DNA of 64,000 nucleotides from Ginglymostoma cirratum (Eukaryota): the NCBI GenBank assembly GCA_024137785.1, contig JAHRHZ010000079.1, forward strand, positions 11,650,896 to 11,714,895, given 5' to 3'. The notes below the pieces were generated by a model. The model saw nothing but the letters and a program-made list of their open reading frames with translations, was not told the DNA's origin and did no database searches. Both the position numbers and the translations under genes were made by a program. Positions 50,983 to 63,462 of this stretch are shown one piece after another (within the stretch, counting starts at the first letter, position 1; each line of letters starts with the position of its first letter).

Positions 50983-53900
50983 TTCTGTTATGTAAATGCA
51001 ACTCTTTTCAATGAACAGTCATTTTCTGTTCCACTATTTTCACTGTTCCATGCAAAAAAGTTTACTTATTTTGCCTGGAATACCTGGCTGTATATTTTAA
51101 AAAATAGTAAATGTTGGTAGTCATTCTAAAACTCAAACAGAATGTCATCACTACAATTAAATGATGATCTGATTGTACCCACTTGGCAATTGTCTGTGAA
51201 AAGTTTGATTGTAGATTCCACATTGTCCATTTCAAATGCATTGAATGCAACGCAGTGCCACTCTTTGTAAGGTTACATGCCTCTAGCTAAGATTCCGAAC
51301 TGCAACATTCAAACATCTGCCAGATGTAATCATTTTCCAAAAGGTATATTTATTACAAGAGGAAACAGATCTGTTCACACTACAGCATGAGTATGAGTGA
51401 AAGCCAGATGGGTAGTCTTTCAGGAAATTCATGAAAGCAACAGCCCATAATCCTGAAGCATATCTTATCAGATGCCAGTATCATTCCATCTACAAAAGAT
51501 GATACAAAAACAGCAAACAATCCATTTCAAATCCTCTGCCTCCATATGGCACACCCAGTAATTAATGAAGGGGCAAGTCATTGGAAGGTGTAGTGTGTGC
51601 CTCACCTGAAATTATCAAATGTCACAGTGGGATGTTGTTTTTTGTATTAGCATCTGTAGCTAAGACCACTGAGTTGGTGCACACTAGCACACAGGAGGTG
51701 ATACAAGTTCCCTCCGTCATCAGCTGGTAACTTTTGGGTAGCATGATCAAAGGTAGGGCTTTCCTATCATGTTTACAGGATCCTTGAAGTGGACCTTTGG
51801 GCATCCTACTGGACATCTGTTTCTGGTTACTTCACCTTGCAGACAGTCTCAGGATGCACAATTATCTTCCATCTTGCAGATATACATTTGTTTGAAGGCA
51901 TCTCTGTTTGATTAATGTGAACAAATTTGTGAGCTCTGCCTTTGAAGGGTATATTACGTTTGTAATTTCAGCATGCCAGGATGTACAGATTTTCATTACT
52001 GACGACAGTATTGCTTCTCTCAGTCTGGAGATTACTCTCAAACTGTTTTATGCTGTCTCTTATCTTTTCACCATTCGTTAAATGTTGCTGTTTCTTTTCA
52101 GGATACATCCTCTGAGTTTAAGTCCATTCTTGAAAGGAAGGTGCCAACCAGCTTGTCGAATGTCCATTTGTGCCTTCATTTCAATAATTTTGAAAAAAAC
52201 TGTGATTTGTAATTGCTTGACACCTTCCCCAAATGACAGTGAAAGATGTCTGTTAAAGTGTTTTAACAATTAGAGGCAAAGAGCTAATTTCGTAATGAGC
52301 AGGCGAATGAGACACCTCATTTTTTTCTATCACTGTATCAGAGAGATGATGATGATGAATGATGCAGAGTAATATGATGAAAGGGCTGAAGTTAGAGAAA
52401 CGGCAGTGATAACAGTGCTAACATTAGTAGCAATGAGTTGCAAGCGCAGTAGGAACAGTAACCCTTTATTGTGGTGTGTCTGATGCAAATGTTCATTTGA
52501 CAGATTTTTTAAAATCATTTTTAATCCTTCCACCAATTGTTGCTTTTTTTGTGTGATTCTTCATATCCCAAGTCCTCCTTTCTCAGATCATTTGAAAAAT
52601 TAGTTGCAGTTCCCACATAAGTCCTTTTGGGAGTACAGCCTTCATTCTGGTCTTGATGATTTAGATGCATGGCAGCATCATTGTGATGGTTTCGAGTAAA
52701 AAGTCATCACGCTGTTTGAGCAATAGGTCGAAACTTTAGATACCATTTGAACTTATAGTAGGTAAGTGAATTCAGCTGCAGAACAGGATTTCCAACCAAA
52801 TGACAGATTTTCTTACAGAAAATAATTATGAACAGATTGCATTGCGTCATCTGGGCAGGGCTCTTTGTATGAAGAGTGCTTAACCCCATTCTGTTTCTTA
52901 CTTTTATCAAAACTGTCATTATTTTGATGATAACACCTTGTAATGAATGGCTAACTCTTTCAATGTAGGACAAATGGCAAGCAAATTGCTGCAGGCAAAT
53001 ATAAATAGAATTGAACAAATAACAGCAAGTGTGGAATCGTCCATCCTGAGAAGAGCAAGTCATTCCTTTTTGACTGTGATATTGATTGCGTTGCTTTCTA
53101 ATCACCTGTATTCTATATGGTCAGCAAATTCTATTGCAATGCAATTGTCAGTTTCTTGGCTTAGCATTTCTACACTTGATCTATACTGTGGTAAACGTGA
53201 TGAAGGTACTTGATTCACCCAAACTGAGGAGCAGGAATCTTGCAGCACTTTGACACCACTCATTATTATCGGTAACTTCAGTGCTCCACAATGGCTGTAC
53301 CCACCTGTTTACTTTTTATGCACTGCTTTGCAGTCCGCAGGAAAAGAATAGCTTTTATATTTCAAATCAGTGCAGACCAGTGAATGTGATGATGGTAAGC
53401 TATCTCACTTGTAAATGCAACCACCCTTCTCAGACTGCAGAGATATTAGTCGGATCTGTTTCATAACTATGAAATTATAACTTCAGTACTATCCGACAAG
53501 TTGCCAGGGCTTATAACAGGCTTTCATAATATTTATAACAAGTTGAACATCAATTCTGACAGCTCAGAAATTTTGTTTGGCATTTCATGGCAGATGCTGC
53601 AAACAGTCATCTGGATTTCTCTCTTCAAAACAACCAAGCATCAGCCAGTATTTTGTCACATAGCTGAGGTACCTCTTTGCCAGTTTTTTTTCTCATCACT
53701 AGATTTTCCAATGAAATCCCCTTTCTAAGCCTGGTCATAACAAGGGTCACATATTGGGAAAGGATGACAGATCTGAAGCTGTAAGAAATGTGTTCTACCA
53801 CCTCCCCACATCCGCGGACAGTTGTGAAAATACCTTTTGTTGACAGGCAATTAGTGGCGGGTAGAGGTTTCTCTCACTAAAGGAAATTGTGATGTGGACC

Positions 53901-54879
53901 TTTTGTGGGAAACATTCACAATCAAAAGATGACGTGTTTAATAGCTCTGGACAAAGAAAGCAAAGGCAAAGTGCTTAATAGCTAGTTCCGCGTGCTAAAC
54001 TGTACCTGAAAAGGTACTACTAACCTGAGCTGGCAAACCTATGTGGAAATGGCCACAGGACAATGTCTCCTCAGGGTCAACAAAGAAGCAGATGGAGGGA
54101 GTAAGATTGCATCCACTGCAAGGTTACCTGCACCTACCATACAACATGGGGCTGACATAGCCAGTGACAGTAATGGTCAACTATGGCCTGAATCTGCCTT
54201 GAAGATCTGGTGCAATACTGAACTGTGGAGATGGCACTATGGAATGGGAGACGAAGGTAACCTTCCTCTTAGGCGGCTCTTGTAACATCAGTTTTAGTCG
54301 TCATTAAGTTGTTTGGAAAATGGAGGGATTCTGGTTGGTAGGGGAGCTCAATCCCATGCCCCTTCAATCTTAACAGATTATATTGATGTGTTGATGTAAA
54401 ATCTCTCGTAAAATGCAGGAATTCTACCCTTTTATGGTGACATGTCCCCTTTAAATTTAAATTTAAATTTCCCACGTTGCCGCTCCAACTATTAGTTTGC
54501 ACTTTCGACATATCCAAATGTACACTTGAAGCCACACTGGTGAACTAGCCAAGTTGTTATCCACCAAGCAGTGAATTTGAAGGAGGTATTGGATGTGATG
54601 GAGCTAAATTGTGTGAAGATATTTGACACTGACAAGGGATAAATGACAAAGTATTCTGCATTGCTGAAAAATGAGCAGCAAAGTGTGTTGGAGAATGGGA
54701 AGGTGCCAGAAGGGAAACCTGTTGCAAATAGCGTCCCACAGAAATTCCTGTTGGGGCTGCTGCTGTTAATTTTCCAGCACATAATTTAGTGAGTGGAATA
54801 TTGTCCAATATGTTCAGGTTTGCCTTTAACACCAGACTGAATGCGGTAGCCAGATGTAGCAAACAAGTTGTGAAAATTT

Positions 54880-55345
54880 GATGTCTGGATCAGTGGGCAA
54901 AGAGGTGGCAGATGGTGTTCAATACCGATAAGTGCTGTCATGAGATTAGGTAGTAAAGTAAGAATGAGAAAAACTTATTAAAGGATAAAATGTTTGAGGT
55001 TACAGCACAAAATCAATCTTGTATTTGGTTGAGTGCTTCCAAGATTGAAGGAAGCAAATAAAAGGTATAGATGTATAGTTGTAGATTGTGACTTTTAATC
55101 CAAAGGGGTGGTGTTGAATATCCTTCCTTTGTGAGGATGCATTTTCAATGTTCAATTTTAATCTCCTTTATTGCCGGAGAGATGCAATGTTGTTGGCAAG
55201 AGCACAGAACAGGAAAGTTAGGCTGATTTCTAGACTTAGAGGCCTGAACTAGAAGGAAAGGATTCTATATCTTGGCCTTCAGTTTTGGAGAAAAGGAGGT
55301 CAAGGGAGATTTATTCAAGTTTTCAACTTTGACAGATATGAAGAA
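54880..55345 (+). mobile_element. Ancient CR1 RT fragment
   Basis: QWAKRWQMVFNTDKC and LEKRRSRGDL-like relics. Confidence 0.7.
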
Positions 55346-56822
55346 TTTGGAACCAAAAGTTTATCCATGAGGAACAGGATTCAAGGACAGGAGGTAGAGT
55401 TAACATTAGGGGTATGTAGGATTTTTCAGTCACTGGGATCCAATTGAATCAGTTTATTTCTTAATGAATTACAAAAATGCACAAGTTTCAATACTTTGAT
55501 TTCTGTCTTTAAAATACACATTGAAATTGAAATTCTTTTATTGGAAGACATACCTCCTGAGAGCATAATATGAGTTTGCAGATGAAATTGAGAAAATATC
55601 TAATTTCATGATGCATATGTTTTAGGAATATAGCTTTCAACAGGGAATATTGAATTTTTAAACATATTATAATGGAATCACCTGGTGTGGAAGGTTGCTA
55701 AACAGACTTAATAATTGCAATTTAGGGGATGATCTGTGTTTTTGAAATAAGATTTGAGTCAGAAGTGGGAAAATATGAAAGAATTAATGACCCATTTCTC
55801 AGAATCTTGATGGTGATTAAATGTGTGCATCTTTTCAAGGGATTTAAATTATTTGTGTGATTCCCCAGATCAAAAAAAATTGCAAAGCAACTGGTGAAGG
55901 AGGAAGGTCTGAAAGTATATGTACTTTCAAGTCAAAGGACAGTTTTGCAAGGTGAAATTAGTTTAAAATCACCACCTGGGCATCCCAAAATTTGCCATGG
56001 TGGTAGTTTGCTGAGATCAATACTTTTGTTTTGGGTTTTTTCATGTGATTTTTTTCCCCCCCAGAAATCAGGCAGGTTCCATCTAAAGCTGGAACATCTT
56101 GGAAATGGGCAGAGTACAAAATGTGCCAGGGGCTACAGACTAGAAGCCAGAAGACTTTGAAGCCCATACTTAAGCTGGATTGTCCACAATCATGAGGAGC
56201 ACAAGAGGAGTTAGAGGGTTGCCTGGCCAAATGTTAGTGGAAGGACCACAAGATATCTCATTCCTCTGAAAATATCAGGAATATTGAAGTGAATTCCTGA
56301 GACCTGTGGCATGCCCTGGTTTAGTCCCTGAAGAATTAAAGGAACTCTCAAGTTCCTGTAATGAGTTGGGGAACTGTTGGATGAAAATATAAGTACAATG
56401 TGAGAGCAACTCATGAGGTTTTTGGGCTTAAAGAATAAGGATGAAATAATAGCTCTTGCTTTCTTTAATTTTTACTCAATAAAAGCTGTTGTATAAAACA
56501 TGAAACATTTATCTTTCAGTTAACATCTGGGAATCCATTTTTCTTTCTACAATGTAATGGTGATCCCTTGAGATCATTACACCAATGAATATGTGCAAAG
56601 TGACTTCCATTTTTCCTAATTCTGCTTACTTTCAAATTTTTTCAAACATATCTTTGCAAGATCAAAAACATGATAACATGCCACATAGAATGACTGAATC
56701 GTAAAGCAGTCATTGACCCCCATATCATCAGATAATAAAGGAGATTTGTGTCAAACAGATTTCCCAAACACTGCACATTTTCTCTGAGGCAAAACCAAAG
56801 CCTTACTGCCTATGCCATTACA

Positions 56823-56898
56823 GAGGATTCACTAGACTGTAGTTACCTTCAGTTAAACATTTTTAAATTTCTGCAGTGATTTCAGAAATGCTGTCATC
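56823..56898 (+). repeat. Partner (presumed template) of the inverted copy at 57408-57483
   Basis: Ungapped hand alignment with the reverse complement, 64/76 identical. Confidence 0.92.
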
Positions 56899-57169
56899 TC
56901 TCTTCCACTCCGTCAGCATTCTATCCTGACTCCTCTTCACAGCTGATGCATGCTCTGACAATACATTATTAATCTGAATATTTTTGATTCAGGTTGTTCA
57001 GTGTACACTTTGGAAAGTAAAGACCCTTCTCTGATATCATTCCTCACCCAAAGGTAACTCTTGAGACTAAATGCCTCTTTCAAATAAATCTTTGCACTGA
57101 GAAATAAGAATTGTTTGAAAATAGTAAGTGTTATCAGTTGTGTTGTCCTTACAGTCATTTTTTGACATG

Positions 57170-57840
57170 TTGGTAGTGGTGAGCTGTCATCTTGAAAACA
57201 AACTGCAGCCCATGCTGTGCATGAACAATGCTGTTAGAAAGGGACTTGCTAGATCTGTTTGAAATCTATCCCATTCAGCACGACCACACAACACAATGGA
57301 GGGTTTCCTTGATATGAAGATGGGATTTTTGTCTCAACCAGAACTGTGCAGTGGCCCCTTTTATTGATAATGTCATGGAAAGATACATCTACAACAGAAA
57401 GATGGGTGATGAAAACATTTCTGAAATCACAGCAGAAATTTAAATCTGTTTAACTGAAGATAACTATAGTGAAGCGATTCGTCCAGGAGGAGGTAAAGTA
57501 CATATTTCCCTTTGTTGTTCCCTCCCATCTATTGTGGACCCAGTCTACCAATCTTTAGATCTCAGTCACTAGTGGTGCTACCAAGATATTTTTGGTATAG
57601 ACATTCACTGAAATCATCCAGAGTACATTCTGTGCCCTTTCCACTCTCATTGCATCCTCCAGATAGAGGAGAACTCCTTCATCAGTTGAGAGGAGAGGTG
57701 AGTGGCAGTAGATGGTACTATGCAAGAGGTATTTTTTGCCCATATTTGACCTGATTTTATGAGACCTCATGAGGTCCAGAGTCAATATTGAAATCTCTCA
57801 GGTCAACTCACTGCCCACAATATGCCACTGTACCACCCTG
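57170..57840 (-). mobile_element. CR1/L2-group LINE, deleted copy (3' tail joined to endonuclease region), split by a 76-bp insert
   Basis: 57172-57247 is tail-like; ORF 57555 shows RVERAQNVLW (cf. AQNVLWVGDFN). Confidence 0.65.
57408..57483 (-). repeat. Diverged inverted copy of 56823-56898, inserted in a LINE
   Basis: Ungapped, 64/76 identical; shared blocks cttcagttaaaca, tttaaatttctgc, gtgatttcagaaatg. Confidence 0.92.
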
Positions 57841-57879
57841 CAATAGACTTTGCATTGTGCATTCCTTTTAGCAGGTTTT

Positions 57880-58192
57880 GTAGCAGCTTGATACAACTGA
57901 GTGGCTTGCTGGGCTAGTTCAGATGGCATGTAAGAGTTGCATGTAGCCCAGACCGGGTGAAGCGGGCAAATTATCTTTCCCTAAGGGACATTCTTGAACT
58001 AATTAGATTTTTACAACAATTAACATTGGCCCCATTCTTTACCAGTACAGTAGCTTTTAATTTCAGATTTATTAATTGAATTCATGGTTCTCCAGTTAGC
58101 TGTGTTGGGATTTAATTCCATTTCCCCAGACGATTGGCCTGGGTCTCTGGATTAGTAGTCCCATGGCATTACAAGTGTGTTGCCACCTCCCC
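57880..58192 (-). mobile_element. tRNA-derived SINE, older copy of the 6787-7125 family
   Basis: Reverse-complement homology including the tRNA head. Confidence 0.75.
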
Positions 58193-59108
58193 TTAAACGG
58201 ATAACTGGTACTTCCAGATTAAGCCCACACGAGTATACATCCTGAGAAATGACAATTTCACTTACCAAACGGTGAATAAGAGGGCAGAATAAAAGCTCCT
58301 AAAGTTTAATGGTCGAACACAGATGCAAAAGAAGACAGGGTGTGAAGCGTGTAGTAATTGAAAGAAACGGAATCTATTCCAAAGACAAGTTCAAATGGTC
58401 TTGTTTAATTTATTTCTGCCCTGTTTGCCTGTTGTCAAAAAAGTTCACAAATAGACAGGTTAAAAAAAAACCTCAGATAACTGACAAAACATGAGCTTGA
58501 GTCGTTTTTAGTATTGTTGCACAATTAAATATACAGGTCCCAAAACAAATCTTTGTGTATCCAACCCCTGTGGAAACATTACCCTAATTGGTTGTCACAT
58601 TTTATGTTAATGATTCAGAAGAAAGTAAAACTGGTAGGCTGTGTAATTTTTTTTAACAACGAAATATTATCTTCGTGCATCTGATTATCAGGAGGTGGTA
58701 GCATAGAAAATCATGGCATGCTTTCCAAAATTATTGTGAATTCCCATTTATGGAGATAGAAGACTCTCAATTCCAAGATCATAATCAGAAGACTGTTGAG
58801 TAGTATGGGAGAGTAGACTAGATGTACCAAAACATTACCATGTTACCATGCTTCCAAGCTACATTTGTGTAGGTGCCTGTCAGTGTGCATTTGGCCTATC
58901 TCAAGCATCTTTCTTCTGAATTTATAATTGCTTTAACATTGCTGATAAAATATATATAAAAATAATAGTTTTCATCTTGCTAGCCTGATCATTTATCATA
59001 ACCTGTGAAGGACGATTTACAGGATTCTGTTACTTTGTCTTGCATTTGCAGTATTTGCTTACTGTTGCAGTTGATCTCTACCTACATTCCAATTAGTAAA
59101 CAACGGGA

Positions 59109-59122
59109 CCACTAGAGGGCAG
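59109..59122 (+). promoter_or_regulatory. Consensus CTCF binding motif
   Basis: CCACTAGAGGGCAG matches the vertebrate CTCF core, in non-repeat sequence. Motif only. Confidence 0.55.
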
Positions 59123-60649
59123 AAGAAATGCATGTTCACTTAGTCAGGGGGACATTTACAAATACATACGGGCTTCGACTTTTTTTTAAGTGAGAAAGTT
59201 CCAATACATGCCCTATCCATGATCAATACAGAATACGCACCAGGGACTGGGGCTTTATGTAAAATTAAACACTTGAGATTTGAGGTATTGGACACATAAC
59301 TCATGGATGGCATGAGTGGTTGTTTTAACTGAGTGAAAATAAACACAGACAAACGCACACACACACGTACATATAACTTTTGGCCTGCCTTTTCAAACGT
59401 GGAGCAAACCTATAGGCATGAATGTGGTTAGAGCTCAAAAGCACAACACTGACTGTAATCATGTAGTGTGATCCTGCGTTATCAGAGGAGGGGCTTGAAA
59501 AGAATAAGCATTTCTGACATGTACTCTATATGTAGCTTCTGCAAAATAGTATAAGTGACAAGGAAGCCAGAACATGCCAATTAACAATATAAATCTAAAA
59601 TCAAACAAACAAGGATCACGCTGTAATATTTAGTATAAGTTTATGGTGTGAACATTAAGCTATATATTTTTGTTTCCTTTTTAAGTACTTCTAAACATGT
59701 AGTAAATTGCTATTGTTCACTGTTTCTGTTTCAGCACTTAATTTTAGCTTTCATCTGGACATTTTTGCGTTATGTGTTCAAGGCTGATAAGCTACAATCA
59801 GCACATAGCCCAGGGCGCATATTGCAGAACGTTTAAACCCACTAAAATATGATTAAAATTTATACTTTGCCTATTGTTTAAATTTTAATACCTTGCTTCA
59901 GCTCTCAGAATGACCTTCATGCGTAGCCTTTACTAAAATAAGATGTCACATGGGTGTTTAGTTTTAAATTATCCTGGTCTAGTAAAAGTTATCACAGTGT
60001 AAAACAAGAATAAAAGATCAGAATAGAACTTAGAAAGAGATGGAAAAATGATGGGCCTTGCACCATAAATAAAGTATTATACATATTTTCCTAATACTGC
60101 CTTTATATCTTAGAAGTTGTTGCTAACTGAGTATCTTTGGTGTAAAATTTGCCATGGCACAGCAACAAATAGCACTTTGCTCTAAAATAAATCTTGCTCA
60201 TTTGATATCGGCAATATGGGATAGACCAATGGCCTGAGGAGTGACAGATGGAAGTTAATTTACATAAATGTAGGGTACTGCATTTTGGAAAGACAAATCA
60301 GGGCAGGACTTACAAATTGATGGCAAGGGCCTTGGGAGTGTTTGTGAACAAAGAGACCTGGAAATGCACGTTCAGAATTTCTTGAAAGTGGAGTCACAGG
60401 TAGATAGGATGGTGAAGAAGGCATTAGGTAATGCTTTCCTTTATTGGGCAGTGCATTGAGTATAGGAGCTGAGAAGGCATATTGTGGCTGTACAGGACAT
60501 TGGTTAGGCCACTTTTGGAATACTGTGTGTAATTCTCGTCTCCCTGTTATAGGAAGGATGTTGTGAAATTTGGAAAGGTTCAGAAAAGATTACAATGATG
60601 TTGCCAGGGTTGGAGGGTTTGAGCTATATGGACAGGCTAAATAGGCTGG

Positions 60650-61532
60650 ACAGCATCAGAGGAGCAGGAAAGCTAATGTTTTGGGTCTGGACCCTTTTTC
60701 AGAAAAGGGGGAGGAGAAGGAGGTTCTGAAGTAAATAGAGAGAGGGGGAGGTGGTGATAGAAGATGGATAGTAGAGCAGAAAGGTGGAGAAAAGGCAGAC
60801 AGGTCAAGGAGACGGGGATGAAGCTAGTAAAGGTGAGTGTAGGTAGGTAGTGGTGGGGATTGGTCAGTGAGGTGGGAGGAGCGGATAGGTGGGAGAGAAG
60901 ACGGACTGGTCAAGGAGGCGGGGATGAGAGGGAGATCTGGTCTTGGGATGAGTCGGGGGTGGGGAGATTTTGAAGCTCGTAAAGTCCATATTGAGACCAT
61001 TGGGTTGTAGGGTTCCAAGGCGGAATATGAGGCGCTGTTCCTCCAGCTTCCAGGTGGCATCGTTGTGACACTGGAGGAGGCCCAGGAGTGGGAGGGGGAG
61101 TTGAAGTGGCTCGCGACTGGGAGGTGTAGTCGTTTGTCGCGAACTGAGCATAGGTTCTCCACAAAGCAGTCTCCAAGCCTCTCGTCCCCACCTCCTTGTC
61201 CTGTCCATCTTCTCTTCCACCTATCCACTCTCCCCACCTCACTGACCAACCCCCAACCCAACTTCCTATCTACACTCACCTTACTGGCTTCATCCCCTCC
61301 TCCTTGATGTGTCTGTCTTCTCTCCACCTATCTGCTCCTCTATCCACCTTCTATCACCACCTCCTTCTCTCTCTATTTATTTCAGAGCCCCCTTCCCCTC
61401 CCCCATTTCTGAAGAAGGGTCCAGACCTGAAACGTCAGCTTTCCTGCTCCTCTGATGCTGCCTGGCCTGCTGTGTCCATCCAGCTCCACGCCTTGTTATC
61501 TCAGACTCCAGCACTGACAGTTCCTACTATCT
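60650..61532 (-). mobile_element. 5'-truncated Penelope-like element with GIY-YIG C-terminus and inverted terminal repeat; 13-bp TSD
   Basis: Minus ORFs give RLGDCFVENLCSV...PVASHFNSPSHS and LGLLQCHNDATWKLEEQRLIFRLGTLQPNGLNMDF; ~61180-61480 is an inverted copy of ~60650-60965; ctaaataggctgg at 60637-60649 and 61533-61545. Confidence 0.92.
61405..61440 (+). ncRNA. Minimal hammerhead ribozyme motif, intact core and weak stem I
   Basis: CTGAAGA (61409-61415), stem II gggt/acct, GAAAC-GTC (61429-61436). Confidence 0.6.
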
Positions 61533-62639
61533 CTAAATAGGCTGGGGTTGTTTTCCCTGGAGTGTTGGAGGCTGAGGTGTGACCTTGTAGAAGTTTATAA
61601 AATCATGAGGAGCATGGATAGGGTAATTAAAGAAGGTGTTTTCCCTGGGGTGAGGGAGTCCAAAACTAGAGGGCATATGTTTAAGGTGAGAGGAGAAAGA
61701 TTTAAGCGGGGCCTAAGGGGCAACTTTTTCACACAGATGGTGGTGCGTGTATGGAATGAGCTGCCAGAGGAAGTGATGGAGCCTCATACAATTACAACAT
61801 TTAAAAGGCATCTGGATGGTTAGGTGAATAGGAAGGATTTAGAGGGATATGGACCAAATGCTGGCAAATGGGACCAGATTAATTTCGGATATGGGTTGGA
61901 TGGAAGGATCTGTTTCCATGCTGTACGTCTCTATGACTCTCTGAATCCAATATTTTGCCGTGAAAGTTGACAGAGTGGGATGTGAAAATGGGTAAGAGAT
62001 CCGTGGAAACAGAAGAAGCAATGGTGTATTTTCCTAGTTAATCACATCACAGTACCTGAAATTAACATTGTATAGATTGAGAAGGAACAGCAAATTAAGA
62101 GTGGGTCAATTCAAAGTCATATTGGTTACACAAAGAGAAAGAACAAGAAAGAAGGAAGAATTAGACCAAGTGAGGGTGAAAAGAGTAACTAGTAAGAAAA
62201 ATGTAAAGAAAATCTCCAGCAATGGTTAAAACTTTGAGGACTGAGGTTAAAATGTGATGGCAGAGAGACTGACTGATGGTAACTAACACAGATTACAAAA
62301 ATCAGCTAGATTTTAACACTCTTAAATTAATGTAATGTAGCGAGAGTACTTTATATTGATCAAATACAAGACATTTTTCACTAACTCCTTGCATTTGAAT
62401 TGAACCAAGATGAAGTGTGATTTTGAAAACTAATGGTGCAGTAGATATTTTTCATTTTTGTATTTAATTGTGCTACCATCTGAAATTGCTGCAGCATTTG
62501 TGTTAAAATAATGGTAAGCTCTACAGGAGACATTATAGCTCTGGCGTACCCAAATTCCTGTGTGGCTAATGCAAGAACTATAAAGTAACATTTCAGAAAG
62601 CACTAGTTGGCAATAGGGATACAAAACCAAATCCAATTT

Positions 62640-63220
62640 GAGCAGGGAGTCAGGCAGGCCAATCTTCTCTCACCCATGCAGGCTTATGCTAAGTGAGAGT
62701 AGACCATGAGGATGATGTAAGTAGAGTTAACCGAGAGATGTGGCTGCGTCACAGGAAGATATAGCATGTGAAATAAAACAACACACTCATAGTCAGAACA
62801 AAGAAATTGCTCAAGACTGTGGAAGGCCTGGTCAAAAGAAAGAGAGAATATTTTTGGAGTGGAACATAAATGAGGCAAGGATCAAAGTTATGGCCCAAAA
62901 TGGCAATGGAAAAATCAACATTAGAAGTACTAAGATAGAGGCAGTAAACAAAAGCATGTATTTGGTTTCAACGATAAATACAAAAGTTGCATCCAAAAAT
63001 GAAATCCAGGTTAGAAGTAACAAGAAGCATGACCAGTGACTTAAGATCCTTAAAGAGAAACCATCTCATACAATTACTAGTGTGCAATGTGGCACTCAAT
63101 GGATGCAAGAGTTGGATTCTAAAGAAACAGGATGAGAGGAGGGTACCAGCTTTTGAAATATGAGCCTGGCAAAGGATGGTCAGGATCCGTTGGATGGGCA
63201 GAAACAGAAATAAGTGGAAA
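62640..63220 (+). mobile_element. RTE-clade LINE RT relic, second subfamily
   Basis: GVRQANLLSP; ORF 62740 NINEARIKVM...IEAVNKSMYLVSTI...EIQVR; GCKSWILKKQDERRVPAFEI. Confidence 0.8.
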
Positions 63221-63225
63221 CGCAC

Positions 63226-63462
63226 AAAAACAGAAATTGCTGGAGAAACTCAATAGGTCTGGCAGCATCTGTGGAGAGAAAACAGAGTTAATGTTTCAAG
63301 TCAAATGACCATTGTTCGGAACCCTTATGACAAAGGGTCACTGGATCAAAAAGTTAACTCTGCTTTCTCTCCACAGATGCTGCCAGATCTGCTCAGTTTC
63401 CTGAGCAATTTCTGCTTTTGTATGTTTCAGATCACCAGCATCTGCAGTTCTTCGTTTTGTTA
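63226..63462. mobile_element. Fold-back non-autonomous PLE derivative, older than 6401-6638
   Basis: Arms ~63226-63320 and ~63325-63420 are inverted copies of the PLE terminus. Confidence 0.8.

Larger units (their letters stand above)
60195..61942 (+). mobile_element. CR1 LINE RT to 3' end, interrupted by a PLE at 60650-61532
   Basis: LYRTLVRPLLEYCV before the insert; ORF 61548 (FSLECWRLRCDLVEVYKIMR...FFTQMVVRVWNELPEEV) resumes exactly after it. Confidence 0.93.
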
